This document shows, piece after piece, positions 34,755-46,126 of a stretch of DNA of 64,000 nucleotides (positions within the stretch are counted from its first letter, which is position 1; each line of letters opens with the position of its first letter). The stretch is from Escherichia coli. GTDB lineage: Bacteria > Pseudomonadota > Gammaproteobacteria > Enterobacterales > Enterobacteriaceae. Location of the stretch: the NCBI RefSeq assembly GCF_024700885.2, contig NZ_CP117016.1, one strand, 5' to 3'. The notes under the pieces were generated by a model. That model searched no databases and was not told the DNA's origin. It worked only from the letters and a program-made list of their open reading frames with translations. Position numbers and translations under genes: made by a program.

Positions 34755-35768
34755 ATGAGCGTAATTGAAACTGCAACTGTGCCGCTCGCACAACAACAGG
34801 CTGACGCACTTCTGAACGTGAAAGATTTGCGTGTCACCTTTAGTACCCCGGACGGCGACGTCACGGCGGTCAATGATTTGAATTTTTCCCTACGTGCCGG
34901 AGAAACGCTGGGCATTGTAGGTGAGTCTGGTTCGGGTAAATCGCAAACTGCATTTGCGTTGATGGGCCTGTTGGCTGCCAACGGACGTATTGGCGGATCG
35001 GCAACCTTCAATGGGCGTGAAATCCTCAATTTGCCAGAGCGTGAACTCAATAAACTGCGCGCTGAACAAATCTCAATGATTTTTCAGGACCCAATGACTT
35101 CGTTGAATCCCTATATGCGCGTCGGTGAGCAGTTGATGGAAGTGCTGATGCTGCATAAGAACATGAGCAAAGCTGAGGCGTTTGAAGAGTCGGTGCGGAT
35201 GCTCGATGCGGTAAAAATGCCGGAAGCGCGTAAACGCATGAAAATGTACCCGCACGAATTTTCTGGCGGCATGCGTCAGCGAGTTATGATTGCGATGGCA
35301 TTGCTATGTCGACCTAAGCTGCTGATTGCGGATGAACCCACTACTGCGCTGGACGTCACCGTACAGGCGCAGATCATGACGCTATTGAATGAACTGAAGC
35401 GGGAATTTAATACCGCCATCATTATGATCACCCACGATCTTGGCGTGGTTGCGGGGATCTGCGACAAAGTGCTGGTAATGTACGCCGGGCGCACGATGGA
35501 ATATGGCAACGCGCGCGATGTCTTTTATCAACCCGTTCATCCTTATTCTATCGGTTTACTCAACGCGGTGCCGCGTCTCGATGCGGAAGGTGAAACAATG
35601 TTGACCATCCCGGGTAATCCGCCAAACCTGTTGCGATTACCGAAAGGTTGCCCGTTCCAGCCACGTTGTCCGCATGCGATGGAAATTTGTAGTAGCGCAC
35701 CGCCGCTGGAAGAGTTTACGCCTGGCCGTCTGCGTGCTTGCTTTAAACCGGTGGAGGAACTGTTATGA
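34755..35768 (+). CDS. oppD: Oligopeptide ABC transporter ATP-binding protein OppD
   Basis: 337-aa ORF with Walker A GESGSGKS and ABC signature. Confidence 0.9.
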   Translation: MSVIETATVPLAQQQADALLNVKDLRVTFSTPDGDVTAVNDLNFSLRAGETLGIVGESGSGKSQTAFALMGLLAANGRIGGSATFNGREILNLPERELNKLRAEQISMIFQDPMTSLNPYMRVGEQLMEVLMLHKNMSKAEAFEESVRMLDAVKMPEARKRMKMYPHEFSGGMRQRVMIAMALLCRPKLLIADEPTTALDVTVQAQIMTLLNELKREFNTAIIMITHDLGVVAGICDKVLVMYAGRTMEYGNARDVFYQPVHPYSIGLLNAVPRLDAEGETMLTIPGNPPNLLRLPKGCPFQPRCPHAMEICSSAPPLEEFTPGRLRACFKPVEELL

Positions 35769-36769
35769 ATGCTGTAACCGAAGGAAGAAAAGTCCTCCTC
35801 GAAATCGCCGATCTGAAAGTGCACTTTGAAATCAAAGATGGCAAACAGTGGTTCTGGCAACCGCCGAAAACGCTCAAAGCCGTCGATGGTGTCACTCTTC
35901 GCCTGTATGAAGGGGAAACATTAGGTGTGGTAGGGGAATCGGGATGCGGTAAGTCCACCTTTGCTCGCGCCATCATTGGTTTGGTCAAGGCGACCGACGG
36001 TCATGTTGCCTGGTTAGGTAAAGAGTTGCTGGGCATGAAGCCCGATGAATGGCGTGCCGTTCGCAGTGATATTCAGATGATTTTCCAGGATCCATTGGCA
36101 TCGCTTAACCCGCGTATGACCATCGGCGAGATTATCGCTGAACCGCTGCGTACCTATCATCCGAAAATGTCACGCCAGGAAGTTCGCGAGCGCGTGAAGG
36201 CGATGATGCTGAAAGTCGGGTTATTGCCTAACCTGATTAACCGCTATCCGCATGAGTTCTCTGGTGGGCAGTGCCAGCGTATCGGGATTGCTCGTGCTCT
36301 TATTCTTGAACCGAAGCTGATTATCTGTGATGAGCCGGTGTCGGCGCTGGACGTGTCAATTCAGGCGCAGGTGGTCAACCTGCTCCAGCAGCTGCAACGC
36401 GAGATGGGATTGTCATTAATTTTTATCGCTCACGACCTGGCCGTGGTAAAACACATTTCCGATCGTGTGCTGGTGATGTATCTCGGCCATGCGGTAGAAC
36501 TGGGGACCTATGATGAGGTCTATCACAATCCGCTACATCCTTACACCAGGGCATTGATGTCGGCAGTCCCCATACCTGATCCGGATCTGGAGAAGAACAA
36601 AACCATCCAGTTACTGGAAGGGGAATTACCGTCGCCGATCAACCCGCCTTCCGGTTGTGTTTTCCGTACCCGTTGCCCGATTGCCGGTCCGGAGTGTGCC
36701 AAAACACGTCCTGTGCTGGAGGGGAGTTTCAGACACGCTGTTTCTTGCCTGAAAGTCGATCCGCTTTAA
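35765..36769 (+). CDS. oppF: Oligopeptide ABC transporter ATP-binding protein OppF
   Basis: 334-aa ORF with Walker A GESGCGKST; 4-nt overlap with oppD. Confidence 0.9.
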   Translation: MNAVTEGRKVLLEIADLKVHFEIKDGKQWFWQPPKTLKAVDGVTLRLYEGETLGVVGESGCGKSTFARAIIGLVKATDGHVAWLGKELLGMKPDEWRAVRSDIQMIFQDPLASLNPRMTIGEIIAEPLRTYHPKMSRQEVRERVKAMMLKVGLLPNLINRYPHEFSGGQCQRIGIARALILEPKLIICDEPVSALDVSIQAQVVNLLQQLQREMGLSLIFIAHDLAVVKHISDRVLVMYLGHAVELGTYDEVYHNPLHPYTRALMSAVPIPDPDLEKNKTIQLLEGELPSPINPPSGCVFRTRCPIAGPECAKTRPVLEGSFRHAVSCLKVDPL

Positions 36770-36776
36770 ACACAAT

Positions 36777-36804
36777 AAGGGCTGACAGTTGTCAGCCCTT
36801 TTTC
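36777..36804. terminator. Bidirectional terminator between oppF and yciU
   Basis: aagggctgacagttgtcagccctt perfect palindrome flanked by a T-run on the plus strand and an A-run 5' of it. Confidence 0.7.
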
Positions 36805-36821
36805 ACGCCAAAAGCGATTAT

Positions 36822-38646
<1,825 letters not shown>

Positions 38647-38788
38647 AGATTAGAAATCCTTTTGAAAGCGCATTGTTATGAGTTTACGCATATGGATTCA
38701 TCTGGCAAATAAAAACGCGGGAAAAGCACTGGTCAGCGTCGGGGGTGGGGGTATAATGACCATTCTGTTATTGCATAGAGTAGTTAAC

Positions 38789-38962
38789 ATGAAGCGGAGT
38801 AGAACGGAAGTGGGGCGCTGGCGCATGCAGCGTCAGGCTAGCCGACGTAAATCGCGTTGGCTTGAGGGGCAGTCGCGCCGAAATATGCGTATCCACAGCA
38901 TCAGGAAGTGCATTCTAAACAAACAGCGTAACTCGTTATTGTTTGCGATCTACAATATCTAA
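38789..38962 (+). CDS. yciY: Small basic protein YciY-like (57 aa)
   Basis: ATG at 38789 gives a 57-aa Arg/Lys-rich peptide (MKRSRTEVGRWRMQRQASRRKSRW...) in the cls-kch intergenic region where K-12 carries a 57-aa gene; the upstream part of the track ORF is rejected. Confidence 0.45.
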   Translation: MKRSRTEVGRWRMQRQASRRKSRWLEGQSRRNMRIHSIRKCILNKQRNSLLFAIYNI

Positions 38963-39016
38963 ATGTACTGGGCACCATTGCGGTGCCCAATAAGTTTACT
39001 CTTCCGTCTTTAAAGT

Positions 39017-40270
39017 CTATTTTTGCGCCGATTCTTTATTGTCAGCTTTCGTTTCTTGTTCATCGTTATCGCTGAAAATACCATGACCGGAGTTCAACAA
39101 CATTGAAACGAGCATATCATTATTAATCTCTTCACCATTTAAAACTCGCGCCAGAATTTCGCTGCCAAACAGTTGCGGTGAGAGAATGATATCCGGATGT
39201 ACCATCTTAATCTTATTCAGGTTTTTGCTATCACTGACGGCGAGAACTGTTTTGACATCACTGCTCATATCTTTTGCCGAGAGTACAACAAACGCGTTAT
39301 CTGCATCGTTATCACTCAGCGCCAGAATGGCCCGGCATCGATCGATTCCCGCTTTCTTTAATACTGAACTGTCATTACTGTCACCGGGGATAACATCAGC
39401 GTTATCGCCTAAGCGTTGCTCAAGTTGCTTGATATCATCTTCAGGCAAGTTGCTGATAACCGTTACGTTTTGTCCGCGTTGATTCAGTTGCAGGATCGTA
39501 TTGATGGCGAGAATCGAATGTCCGCAAACAATAAAATGATCTTTACGATGCATTGTATGATTGTTTCCTTTTACAAGTTTGTTGAATCCCCCGCGGATAA
39601 GCGGACCAAAAATTGAGGTCATAGAGGTGGCAAAAACGGTAATGCCGGAAATAATGACCGAAATAGTGAACAATCGTGCTGATTCAGAAACAGGGACAAT
39701 ATCGCCATAGCCGACGGTTGACATGGTTTCTATCGAAAAATAGAACGCGGTCATCAAACTTTCTATTCGCGGATTAAAACCTTCGCTTAAATAAAGCGCA
39801 CCGTAGGTGGAGTAAAACAGTAACGTCGTGAAACTAATAAATGCGAAAATTGTCCCGGCTGCGGCGCTACTGTGGGAGAAGTCTTTGCGCAGTATCAGCA
39901 AAAACACCAGCGTAAAAATGCAAAATCCAATACTAAATTTCAGCCAGGGATAAAAATGCAGGGTGTAAATTAGCGCTATCAACAACAAAATGATACTGAT
40001 TGCCCATGCGAGCTTTGCCCGGAACAGTAAGCCAATGGAGTTCAGGACAAGAAAGACGCCGAGCATAAATAGTGGGGCGTTTGCCAGCAAGGAGAGATCC
40101 AACTCTGAAAATGCTTTGATATGGAAAATATCAAGCAAATTGACCGACATACCATAGATTGTTTTAAAAATAAGCAATCCATTTAAAAAGACGGCCAGCG
40201 CGAGAATGTCGTGCCGTAGGGTCACCCATAAATTTGTTGCTGTTTGTTTGAATGTAGCCCAGTGACTCAC
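39017..40270 (-). CDS. kch: Voltage-gated potassium channel Kch
   Basis: GTG start at 40270 (VSHWATFKQTATNLW..., 417 aa); selectivity filter TVGYGD present; C-terminal RCK/TrkA domain. Confidence 0.85.
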   Translation of the reverse strand: MSHWATFKQTATNLWVTLRHDILALAVFLNGLLIFKTIYGMSVNLLDIFHIKAFSELDLSLLANAPLFMLGVFLVLNSIGLLFRAKLAWAISIILLLIALIYTLHFYPWLKFSIGFCIFTLVFLLILRKDFSHSSAAAGTIFAFISFTTLLFYSTYGALYLSEGFNPRIESLMTAFYFSIETMSTVGYGDIVPVSESARLFTISVIISGITVFATSMTSIFGPLIRGGFNKLVKGNNHTMHRKDHFIVCGHSILAINTILQLNQRGQNVTVISNLPEDDIKQLEQRLGDNADVIPGDSNDSSVLKKAGIDRCRAILALSDNDADNAFVVLSAKDMSSDVKTVLAVSDSKNLNKIKMVHPDIILSPQLFGSEILARVLNGEEINNDMLVSMLLNSGHGIFSDNDEQETKADNKESAQK

Positions 40271-40570
40271 TGATACCTCTGTAACCACAATTTTGTTTAA
40301 TTATCTCAACGTGCACATTTTCTGAACATACATGCGGCACGTGAATGTGTTAAACAATAGTAGATGACTTTATCCGCAGTAATCAAAGGTTTTGAGTGAG
40401 CAACTCTGCGTCAGGAAAGGGCATTTTTCCTGAATATGCTCACATCATATAAAGAAATACAGATAAAGTTATTATCTGCTTGTGGGGGTGAATGCACTGA
40501 CCGACCTATAAGGAAAGGCCAAACAAGAACACGGTTGCAAAAACCGTGCCCTTAAATATTGAATCTCTAT

Positions 40571-40867
40571 TCAGAACACTTTCTTAAATGGTTTCACTGA
40601 AACGTGTTCATAGACTCCTGCCGCTACGTACGGGTCAGCATCGGCCCAGGCCTGAGCTGCTTCCAGCGATTCAAATTCAGCAATAACGGTTGAGCCAGTA
40701 AATCCCGCAGCCCCTGGATCGTTACTGTCTACCGCTGGCATTGGACCAGCTGTCAACAAACGACCTTCATCATGCAGTAACTGTAAACGTGCTAAATGTG
40801 CCGGACGAACGGAAAGGCGTTTTTCGAGGCTATCAGCTTTGTCTTGAGCGTAAATAACATACAACAC
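40571..40867 (-). CDS. yciI: YciI-like protein (98 aa)
   Basis: GTG start at 40867 preceded by AAGGAG; 98-aa product ([25 protein letters not shown]...). Confidence 0.75.
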
Positions 40868-41090
40868 GGGCACAACTCCTTGTTCGGGAAAGTTGTAAAG
40901 TACGTTATTTGAAAGGGCGAAGATCTGCAACGGAAAGATGATGTCTTTGTTAAGACCATGCATAAAGTAAGGTCAATTACGCCAAAAATGACATTTTCAC
41001 TGATCCTGATCGTCTTGCCTTATTGAATATGATTGCTATTTGCATTTAAAATCGAGACCTGGTTTTTCTACTGAAATGATTATGACTTCA

Positions 41091-41810
41091 ATGACCCTTG
41101 ATTTACCTCGCCGCTTCCCCTGGCCGACGTTACTTTCGGTCTGCATTCATGGTGCTGTTGTGGCGGGTCTGCTCTATACCTCGGTACATCAGGTTATTGA
41201 ACTACCTGCGCCTGCGCAGCCAATTTCTGTCACGATGGTTGCGCCTGCGGATCTCGAACCGCCACAAGCCGTTCAGCCGCCACCGGAGCCGGTGGTAGAG
41301 CCAGAACCGGAACCTGAGCCGATCCCCGAACCGCCAAAAGAAGCACCGGTGGTCATTGAAAAGCCGAAGCCGAAACCTAAGCCAAAACCGAAGCCGGTGA
41401 AAAAGGTACAGGAGCAGCCAAAACGCGATGTCAAACCCGTAGAGTCGCGTCCGGCATCACCGTTTGAAAATACGGCACCGGCACGCCCGACATCAAGTAC
41501 AGCAACGGCTGCAACCAGCAAGCCGGTTACCAGTGTGGCTTCAGGACCACGCGCATTAAGCCGTAATCAGCCGCAGTATCCGGCACGAGCACAGGCATTG
41601 CGCATTGAAGGGCAGGTTAAAGTTAAATTTGACGTCACGCCGGATGGTCGCGTGGATAACGTACAAATCCTCTCAGCCAAGCCTGCGAATATGTTTGAGC
41701 GTGAGGTGAAAAATGCGATGCGCAGATGGCGTTATGAGCCGGGTAAGCCAGGCAGTGGGATTGTGGTGAATATCCTGTTTAAAATTAACGGCACCACCGA
41801 AATTCAGTAA
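41091..41810 (+). CDS. tonB: TonB energy transducer
   Basis: 239-aa ORF from ATG 41091 ([26 protein letters not shown]...) with the EP/KP proline-rich spacer ([15 protein letters not shown]...[12 protein letters not shown]). Confidence 0.95.
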   Translation: MTLDLPRRFPWPTLLSVCIHGAVVAGLLYTSVHQVIELPAPAQPISVTMVAPADLEPPQAVQPPPEPVVEPEPEPEPIPEPPKEAPVVIEKPKPKPKPKPKPVKKVQEQPKRDVKPVESRPASPFENTAPARPTSSTATAATSKPVTSVASGPRALSRNQPQYPARAQALRIEGQVKVKFDVTPDGRVDNVQILSAKPANMFEREVKNAMRRWRYEPGKPGSGIVVNILFKINGTTEIQ

Positions 41811-41819
41811 GCATAAAGT

Positions 41820-41843
41820 CAAAAGCCTCCGACCGGAGGCTTT
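41820..41843. terminator. Bidirectional terminator between tonB and yciA
   Basis: aaaagcctccgaccggaggctttt palindrome with flanking T/A runs on both strands. Confidence 0.7.
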
Positions 41844-41849
41844 TGACTA

Positions 41850-42248
41850 TTACTCAACAGGTAAGGCGCGAGGTTTTCCTTCAGGATCAACCGCGACATA
41901 CTTAAATAATGCTTCTGTCGCTTTATAGCGTTGCCCGATGGGTTCAGACGCGACTTTTTTCACCCACACTTCAATATTAATGCTGACCGATGTCGTCCCT
42001 TTCTGGACACAGCGTGCATAGCAGCACACCACATCGCCGACCGCAACCGGCCGTAAGAAAGTCATTCCTTCAACCCGCACGGTCACTACGCGACCGTGGG
42101 CAATTTCTTTCGCCAGAATAGCGCCGCCAATATCCATTTGTGACATTAACCAACCACCAAAGATGTCACCATTGGCATTGGTATCGGCGGGCATGGCTAA
42201 AGTACGTAAAACAAGATCGCCCTGAGGGACGTTATGTGTTGTAGACAT
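41850..42248 (-). CDS. yciA: Acyl-CoA thioesterase YciA
   Basis: 132-aa hotdog-fold-like ORF; K-12 synteny. Confidence 0.85.
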   Translation of the reverse strand: MSTTHNVPQGDLVLRTLAMPADTNANGDIFGGWLMSQMDIGGAILAKEIAHGRVVTVRVEGMTFLRPVAVGDVVCCYARCVQKGTTSVSINIEVWVKKVASEPIGQRYKATEALFKYVAVDPEGKPRALPVE

Positions 42249-42352
42249 GGTAAAACCGACTTAAAAGGAAAATCACAGGCGCGATGCTACTATGATTTTC
42301 CTGAGGAGAACAGAGGAGATACAGCGCCAGCCCCGAAGGACTGGCAGTCTGG

Positions 42353-42892
42353 TTAGGATTTATCTTCCTGCGGCATGTGGCGGTAGATATAGATACCGCT
42401 TAACAATGTGAAGATTAAGGTAAGGGCGGTCAGGCCAAAGACTTTAAAGTTGACCCAAATATTTTGCGGCAGCCAGAATGCGATGTAGATGTTTGCCAGA
42501 CCGCAAAGGATAAAGAAAACAGCCCAGGCCAGATTCAGCTTCGACCATACCGGTTGCGGCAGCGTGAGTTCTTTACCCAGCATCCGCTGAATTAGCGGCT
42601 TTTTCATCACCCATTGGCTGACTAACAGGGCTCCCGCAAACAGAGCATAAATGACTGTAACCTTCCATTTAATAAACTCATCATTGTGGAAGAACAGCGT
42701 CAAGCCACCGAAGACGACCACCAGAACAAAAGTGATCAGGGCCATCTTCTCAACCTTACGAAAGCGAACCCAGCTATATATAAGCACAATCGCCGTGGCG
42801 ACGATCAGCGCCGCAGTAGCCGCATAGATGTCATAAATCTTGTAAAACGCGAAAAAGACAACCAGCGGTAAAAAATCAAGAAACTGCTTCAT
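42353..42892 (-). CDS. yciB: Inner-membrane protein YciB (intracellular septation protein family)
   Basis: 179-aa multi-TM ORF. Confidence 0.85.
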   Translation of the reverse strand: MKQFLDFLPLVVFFAFYKIYDIYAATAALIVATAIVLIYSWVRFRKVEKMALITFVLVVVFGGLTLFFHNDEFIKWKVTVIYALFAGALLVSQWVMKKPLIQRMLGKELTLPQPVWSKLNLAWAVFFILCGLANIYIAFWLPQNIWVNFKVFGLTALTLIFTLLSGIYIYRHMPQEDKS

Positions 42893-42921
42893 TTTACGAT
42901 TCCGTAATCAAATGCTTAAGG

Positions 42922-43665
42922 TTATTGGCGAATCAACATATACAGGCGGAACAGATAGATGAGCAGTACGGCTGAAATCAGGTTGCTCAAGGTGTTCGCC
43001 AGTACGGCACCAATTTCCGGGGTTAATGCGGCAAAAGAAGAGGCAAAAAGCAGCAACAGTGTCTTTGCCAGCAACCAGCTCAGTACTGCGGGTGCCACCA
43101 GACGCATATTCGCCCAAGTCAGCCGCATACTGCTACGCATCGAGGCAAAAACGCCCATTTTGTCCTGTACCAACATCACCGGTGCCAGAGCCAGTAAAAT
43201 GGCCATGATAATTCCCGGAACGACCACCAGCATGATGCCAATCTGTACTAAAAGGGTAGTCAGAAAAATCAGAATAAATAACTTTGGCAATATCGGCGCA
43301 CTGGCACCAATAGCTCGAAGCGCACTGACTCTCTGACCCGCAGACACCAGCTGGATAATTAATATTACGCCTCCGGCGAGAATGGCGTTACCGATTAATC
43401 CTGAAAAAGTGGACGCCGCTGAAGCCTGCAGCAAAATTTGTTGCTGTTCCGGTGACATATTCTGAACCAGGTCGAACAACCCACTACTGCCGCTAACGGG
43501 CACGCCGTCATTGAGCTGCGCAAGCTGTGCATCACTGGGTGAGAAAACATGCCCTAACACCACTGTGATAAACGCACATAGCAACGATACCAACAGAATG
43601 GTCATAAATTGATTACGGAAGAAATTTCCGGTGTCACGGTATACGGACTGCGCCGTGATAGACAT
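42922..43665 (-). CDS. yciC: UPF0259 membrane protein YciC
   Basis: 247-aa multi-TM ORF. Confidence 0.85.
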   Translation of the reverse strand: MSITAQSVYRDTGNFFRNQFMTILLVSLLCAFITVVLGHVFSPSDAQLAQLNDGVPVSGSSGLFDLVQNMSPEQQQILLQASAASTFSGLIGNAILAGGVILIIQLVSAGQRVSALRAIGASAPILPKLFILIFLTTLLVQIGIMLVVVPGIIMAILLALAPVMLVQDKMGVFASMRSSMRLTWANMRLVAPAVLSWLLAKTLLLLFASSFAALTPEIGAVLANTLSNLISAVLLIYLFRLYMLIRQ

Positions 43666-44021
43666 GCACTCTCCTTGAGTTTTATGCAGGTGTTAATTAG
43701 CGGGCAATTGTACCCTGGTTAAGCCTCGGGTGGCAGCATCAGGTCTTGTATGGAAAAGCATATCTTTGTAAAGCGGAGGTAATTGCTGGCCTTCAGGCGT
43801 GGGCAAACCGCTGCAAGTGGCGAGCGAGTTAATATTTGCGTAGCGAAAATATGTAAAAATTGATTTAAATCACATTAACCAGGATTTTCAATGCAACTTC
43901 TAAATTAATCCAGATCAATAAAGGGTGAATTATCATATGTAATGTGATCTATGTAGGATCATTTGTTACTCCAATGTAGGTATATTCGTCACGTTTTTAT
44001 AACCATAACGACGGAGCGGAT

Positions 44022-44660
44022 ATGAAAAAGTTAACAGTGGCGGCTTTGGCAGTAACAACTCTTCTCTCTGGCAGTGCCTTTGCGCATGAAGCAGGCGAAT
44101 TTTTTATGCGTGCAGGTTCTGCAACCGTACGTCCAACAGAAGGTGCTGGTGGTACGTTAGGAAGTCTGGGTGGATTCAGCGTGACCAATAACACTCAACT
44201 GGGCCTGACGTTTACTTATATGGCGACCGACAACATTGGTGTGGAATTACTGGCAGCGACGCCGTTCCGCCATAAAATCGGCACCAGGGCGACCGGCGAT
44301 ATTGCAACCGTTCATCATCTGCCGCCAACACTGATGGCGCAGTGGTATTTTGGTGATGCCAGCAGCAAATTCCGTCCTTATGTTGGGGCAGGCATCAACT
44401 ACACCACCTTCTTTGATAATGGATTTAACGATCATGGCAAAGAGGCGGGGCTTTCCGATCTCAGTCTGAAAGATTCCTGGGGAGCTGCCGGGCAGGTGGG
44501 GGTTGATTATCTGATTAACCGTGACTGGTTGGTTAACATGTCAGTGTGGTACATGGATATCGATACCACGGCTAAGTACAAATCTGGTGTTACTACCGTA
44601 AAAGACTCGGTACGACTGGATCCGTGGGTGTTTATGTTCTCCGCAGGATATCGTTTTTAA
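44022..44660 (+). CDS. ompW: Outer-membrane protein W
   Basis: 212-aa ORF with signal peptide (MKKLTVAALAVTTLLSGSAFA) and C-terminal aromatic residue (…YRF) typical of beta-barrel OMPs. Confidence 0.9.
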   Translation: MKKLTVAALAVTTLLSGSAFAHEAGEFFMRAGSATVRPTEGAGGTLGSLGGFSVTNNTQLGLTFTYMATDNIGVELLAATPFRHKIGTRATGDIATVHHLPPTLMAQWYFGDASSKFRPYVGAGINYTTFFDNGFNDHGKEAGLSDLSLKDSWGAAGQVGVDYLINRDWLVNMSVWYMDIDTTAKYKSGVTTVKDSVRLDPWVFMFSAGYRF

Positions 44661-44705
44661 TTTTCTCTGCAAAACCTCTGCAAAACCCCTCTGCAAAACT
44701 GGTCA

Positions 44706-45836
44706 TCAAATGACCAGTTTTTTCCATTCCTTACCGCGTGCATCGTTATAAATATCGGTCATTTTTTGATTCGAATGGCCTAGCAAAATTTTGGTATCAA
44801 CCCCCTGCTCTCTGAACAATCGCTCTGATAAAGATCTCTGCTCATGGAAAGAGGGTGGGGTGCCATTAGCACGCCAGTTGTAATCCACAGAATCCCGGGC
44901 TTTTTTAAATGCAACGGTTAATGTTGCTGGCTTAACCATCCCGCCGCGCTTAGCTGTCCCTTTCGCGTGATGGTGGTGCAATAGCCACGGACTAAGAACG
45001 CAATCGCGGCAGGATGACACTACATCATCCAGGGTGAGATTTAATTTATCGCAACGCAGAGCCAGAGGGATGGCAATCCGGGTTCCTGTTTTTTGCTGTT
45101 CGACATGAAGATAACCATCCCGGATATCCGAAAATTGCATTTTGCAAATATCTGAAAGGCGCTGGCCTGTCATCAGTGCCAGCAGCATACCGCGCTGTAA
45201 AAAGTAACCATCCTTTTCCGCTGCGTTATAAATCATCATCCACTCATCAAAAGTCAGTCGCTGTCTTGATATCCGCACCTGCGGTTTTTTTGCCGATTCT
45301 GCAGGGTTAAAGCCTGGCGGGACATCGCCCGTTTGCTGAGCTTCCCGGAAAACATCGATCAGTACTTTCCTGAAAATTTGTCCCATTCTGTTATGTCCTC
45401 TGGCCTTGTACTCTTCCAGTACTGATACCACATCTTTTACGGTTATGGCATCTAACGGTCTGGTGCCAAAACGTTCATCAAATACCCTGAGAGGGGCCGC
45501 TTTCTGTTTCAGCGTGTTGAGTTTGATCTCGCCGTTTTCATATCTTTCCTGTTGAATTTTTCTGTAATTATTCAGAAAAATGGTAACGGTTGATGAACCG
45601 CCGGTATCACTAATAATTTTCTCCTGCAGACTGAGCATTTGTTCCATTTGCTGCCGGGCAAGACGGCTGTTCGCTTCTGCTGCAATAGTTTCTGCCAGTT
45701 TCTGGTCAATACTGCCGAGACCGTGATTTTTGCCTGTTATGGGATGCCTGTAACGCCAGTAAACTTTGTTATTTCTTTTGTCAAAATACGGAGATAATCC
45801 CGGAACATCGGTTTTATATTTTCGCGGGCGCGCCAT
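44706..45836 (-). CDS. int: Phage tyrosine integrase
   Basis: 376-aa ORF ending at the ompW-proximal junction; C-terminal LLGHSNQKMTDIY box II with catalytic Tyr; overlaps the upstream xis gene by 23 nt. Confidence 0.9.
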   Translation of the reverse strand: MARPRKYKTDVPGLSPYFDKRNNKVYWRYRHPITGKNHGLGSIDQKLAETIAAEANSRLARQQMEQMLSLQEKIISDTGGSSTVTIFLNNYRKIQQERYENGEIKLNTLKQKAAPLRVFDERFGTRPLDAITVKDVVSVLEEYKARGHNRMGQIFRKVLIDVFREAQQTGDVPPGFNPAESAKKPQVRISRQRLTFDEWMMIYNAAEKDGYFLQRGMLLALMTGQRLSDICKMQFSDIRDGYLHVEQQKTGTRIAIPLALRCDKLNLTLDDVVSSCRDCVLSPWLLHHHHAKGTAKRGGMVKPATLTVAFKKARDSVDYNWRANGTPPSFHEQRSLSERLFREQGVDTKILLGHSNQKMTDIYNDARGKEWKKLVI

Positions 45837-46062
45837 CTTCCAGTATCCTCTTCAAAGCAGGGTGATCTGTGGCGATCACCTCCGGCTTGTTTACCATTCC
45901 GACAAAGCGAGCTTGCGGATCCACTCGCCAGCGTCTTCCAACTTTTTTGGGGAGAGGAAATATCATTCCGGCTTTAGCGTATTTACTTAACGTACTCGGA
46001 GTAGGGACCGGTTCACTGAATTCCTCTTTTGCCCACTCAGTGAGCAGAATAAGTCTTGCCAT
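45814..46062 (-). CDS. xis: Excisionase (lambda Xis-like)
   Basis: 82-aa ORF just upstream of and overlapping int; basic winged-helix-like core (GMIFPLPKKVGRRWRV). Confidence 0.65.
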   Translation of the reverse strand: MARLILLTEWAKEEFSEPVPTPSTLSKYAKAGMIFPLPKKVGRRWRVDPQARFVGMVNKPEVIATDHPALKRILEDGAPAKI

Positions 46063-46126
46063 GAGCGTCGTTCGCTAATCATGGTCGCCGCCACTATAGC
46101 TGGTGGGCAACGACCGGGGTTGAACA

